From assembly GCA_046563655.1 (NCBI GenBank), contig CM102283.1, positions 8,866,001 through 8,930,000 on the forward strand: 64,000 bases of DNA. The letters run 5' to 3'. The position numbers and the translations under genes are program-made. Positions 61,437 to 64,000 of this stretch are shown one piece after another. How positions within the stretch are numbered: the first letter of the stretch is position 1; the number at the start of each line of letters is the position of its first letter. This DNA is from Yuukianura sp. NJ FZ-2021 (taxonomy: Eukaryota). The notes under the pieces were generated by a model. It was given only the letters and a program-made list of their open reading frames with translations, was not told the origin of the DNA and ran no database searches.

Positions 61437-62579
61437 TCACATCTCTTGTGAATTTTGTCCGGTAGGATTACTGGATGAATTGCTCTTTTGGCTCGCCTGT
61501 TGTTCCGTCTGATGGTAAGTGGTGGACTGATACTGGCCGGATTGGAACTGGCCTAAAAGTTAATTTCAATTAACATGTAATTAAATGAATTAATAAATAA
61601 CTATAATTATAATATAATATTAATCACGTTTAAACGAATAGGAACAAAAGCAACAAGAGTCACAGTGTACAAAACCTAAAAACAAGAATCACATTTATCA
61701 CAGTTTTCTAGCTAAAATTTTGTTTTCTAGCTGACGAGGTACAACATGGAAGCTGTGTTTTAGTTTTTAGTTGACAAGTACATTGTTAGTTTTGTTAAAT
61801 TTAAAATGTTAGTTTTTGAACTAAAATTTAAGATTTTTCAGGTTTGTTAGAATTGTTACTTCGACTACTGAGGTTCCAGTCGTTTCGGCAGAAGATGAGT
61901 CCTTTATAGGCTTGTCTGTACTCTTGACTCATAACAACGTAGATGATTGGATTAATACAAGTTGTGGAGTAAATCAAAATCAAAGCAATTGTATTCCAGA
62001 GACTACTGGAAATATTGGCCAGTTTCAAAATAGTTATTGGCAAGTGACACAGAAGGAAAGTGCCAAAAATGACGAGAATCATCAACAAAAGTTTTCTGTC
62101 TTTTGAAGTCATTCGTCCACGTTGTGGAACTGCCGAAGGTCTCCTGGCGTCAGATTTCTTTCTTGGAAGCATTGCTGCAAAAATTCAAATTTTCAAAAAA
62201 CTTCACTTTTTTTTAATATTATTTTTGAAAACCTTGTTCAGATGAACTTGGATCGCTGATTTCCTGTGGAGCGACGACTTGTGACTTTGGTAGAGTCGAG
62301 GAACTGCCGACCGGTCGTGAGTTGACAGTAGCTCGGTGGACAATGTAGAAAATGCTGGCGTAACAAACGATAATTGCTAAGCATGGCATTACAAATGCTA
62401 CTAGAAACAGGAATGTTTTGGGTGATCGCCGATGAACGTCTTTGACAATTGAACAACTTGCAATTTCTCTGTCCAGGGCAAACTTTCCCCAAGCACCAAA
62501 CAGTGTTGGAATTATGGCAGCAAAGGCTCCGATCCAAATCAGTCCAATCATTCCTCCAATGTAGTATCCATCGTACAAC
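61437..62579 (-). CDS. 3' part (TM4-TM7 and tail) of a rhodopsin-class GPCR of the Tre1/moody family (CG4313-like); 5' exons outside the window
   Basis: Exon 62579-62233 (WGKFALDREIASCSI..RSPKTFLFLVAFVMPCLAIIVCYASIF) and an exon from 62174 (KDRKLLLMILVIF..HLPIT..TTCINPIIYVVMSQEYRQAY). It ends at stop 61828 or splices at 61860 to a terminal exon 61552-61437. Confidence 0.88.
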
Positions 62580-64000
62580 CTGTTTCAACAAAATTTGAAA
62601 AATTAGACAAAAAGAAACAATGAATTCCAAATTTTGAAATTTAACAGTACAATTGAAATCCCGAAATTGAAAAAAGCGATTTTGTGCTGACCGAAACCTA
62701 GCCCCCGCATGAAAAAATTTCCTTTTTCTTTATTCAGTTTGCTTAAAATCTGACAGTTACGCTTGCGGAGTTCGGCAATTTGCCTTTACTATAGTTTTAG
62801 ATGACATTTTCATTATTTTTTTTCGAAAATGAAAAAAAAATGACATTTTTTTCATTTTTCTTCTCTTGTATTGTATTGAGCGCGCCCTTTCGTGTCATCT
62901 TTGACATGAACTTTATTGGAATTACACTGATGAAAAAGACATTATTGATTTTTTTTTTGTAATCTGGAGGTTTCACTCTGTAACTAAAAAGAAATGAGCC
63001 AAACGACGTGGAAATATACGAAACTTTCAGGATTTCGACGCTTGTTTCGCAAAATTCGCAAAAAAGTAAAAGAAAGAAGAGGAAATGGGGTTGTATCAGC
63101 AAAAAGTTTGGCTGGATTTCATTTCGCATTGGACGAACGACATCGCAGATGAGATTACATTCCTTTTATGACTCTTTTGTTTTACAATTTCAAACTTTTG
63201 AAAACGGGTTTCATTGTTCTCAAAGTCTTGGACATTGATGGCCCACTAAACTTTATTTTTGAAAATCCAATTTCGAAATTCAAAAACTCTCCTTTTGTTT
63301 TTGGTTTCAACTCCTCAACTTAAAATGAAAAGCTTTTACAGTAAACATTTTTACGGTAAAAGTGTTGACGGTAAAAGTGAAGTCCCGTGAGATTCAAAAG
63401 TAGTGAAAAATATATTTTTTAGTTTACGTTGTTCTTTTTTTTTTTTTAAGGAAAAAGTGAAATTCGATGTTCAGGTTTTGGTTTAAGAGACGGGAAAGGA
63501 CAAAAAAAATCCAATTTTGAGCTGTAGAGTTACTGGAGGAAAGTGATATTTCAAAAAAAAATCGTAAAAAGGCTCTGTACATGTCCACATTGTTCATAAT
63601 AACTTTCTCCTCCGTTTTCCCTTGGAATCCACTTTCACGTCAACTCTCCAGCACAAAACCAAATAAAAAGAAACCTGCGAAAAACATATTTTCTTGTTTT
63701 TCCAAACAAAAAAACATGCCGAAAAATATTTCAAATTAAATCTGAAAACCAAAAAAGTGACCATTGGAAAATACAAACCGGGACTTACGAAGCTGTTCAA
63801 AAAAACCGAACTTTGATATGAAGAATTTAAATTTCCTAAAAGAAATTTCCATTCTTTTGTCCGATTGTCAACGTTGACAAACAAGTGTTAGGTAGTCATT
63901 TATAGGCAGCAAATTAAGTTGCTTATCAATTCCAAAATTTACAGCTTATATTCCATCATAAATATGCCCAATTTCAAAAAAAAGTTTATGACGCACGTTG

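Overview
AT-rich, intron-dense eukaryotic DNA, most likely from an arthropod. This is inferred from the stomatin/mec-2-like, diablo/KLHL20 and Tre1/moody-family genes and the many 50-130 nt introns; the species cannot be determined. (i) The first ~18 kb is mostly non-coding. It holds a 4.06-kb non-autonomous DNA transposon (TAT..ATA ends, 6-bp TSD, IS3EU-like) filled with ~20 near-identical copies of a 176-bp satellite, followed by a possible decayed spliced gene. (ii) Next is a minus-strand cluster of three stomatin (SPFH/band-7) genes. Two are compact 7-exon paralogues. The third is a large mec-2-like gene with three candidate alternative first exons, two 98-nt mutually exclusive exons, a 36-nt micro-exon and an intron made of ecdysone-response-element-like palindromes. 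A hAT MITE with an internal 11-bp minisatellite lies inside the cluster. (iii) A small orphan gene and a 120-bp Tc1/mariner-superfamily MITE follow. (iv) The window ends in a gene-dense block: a 22-exon diablo/KLHL20 gene with a GC-AG intron, a 703-aa RS/SP-rich orphan, a ~1180-aa orphan with an unrecognised repeated domain, an EFCAB2/DRC8-like gene, and the 3' half of a Tre1/moody-family GPCR with possible alternative C-termini. All exon structures were read by eye from splice signals and frame continuity; no database searches were run.
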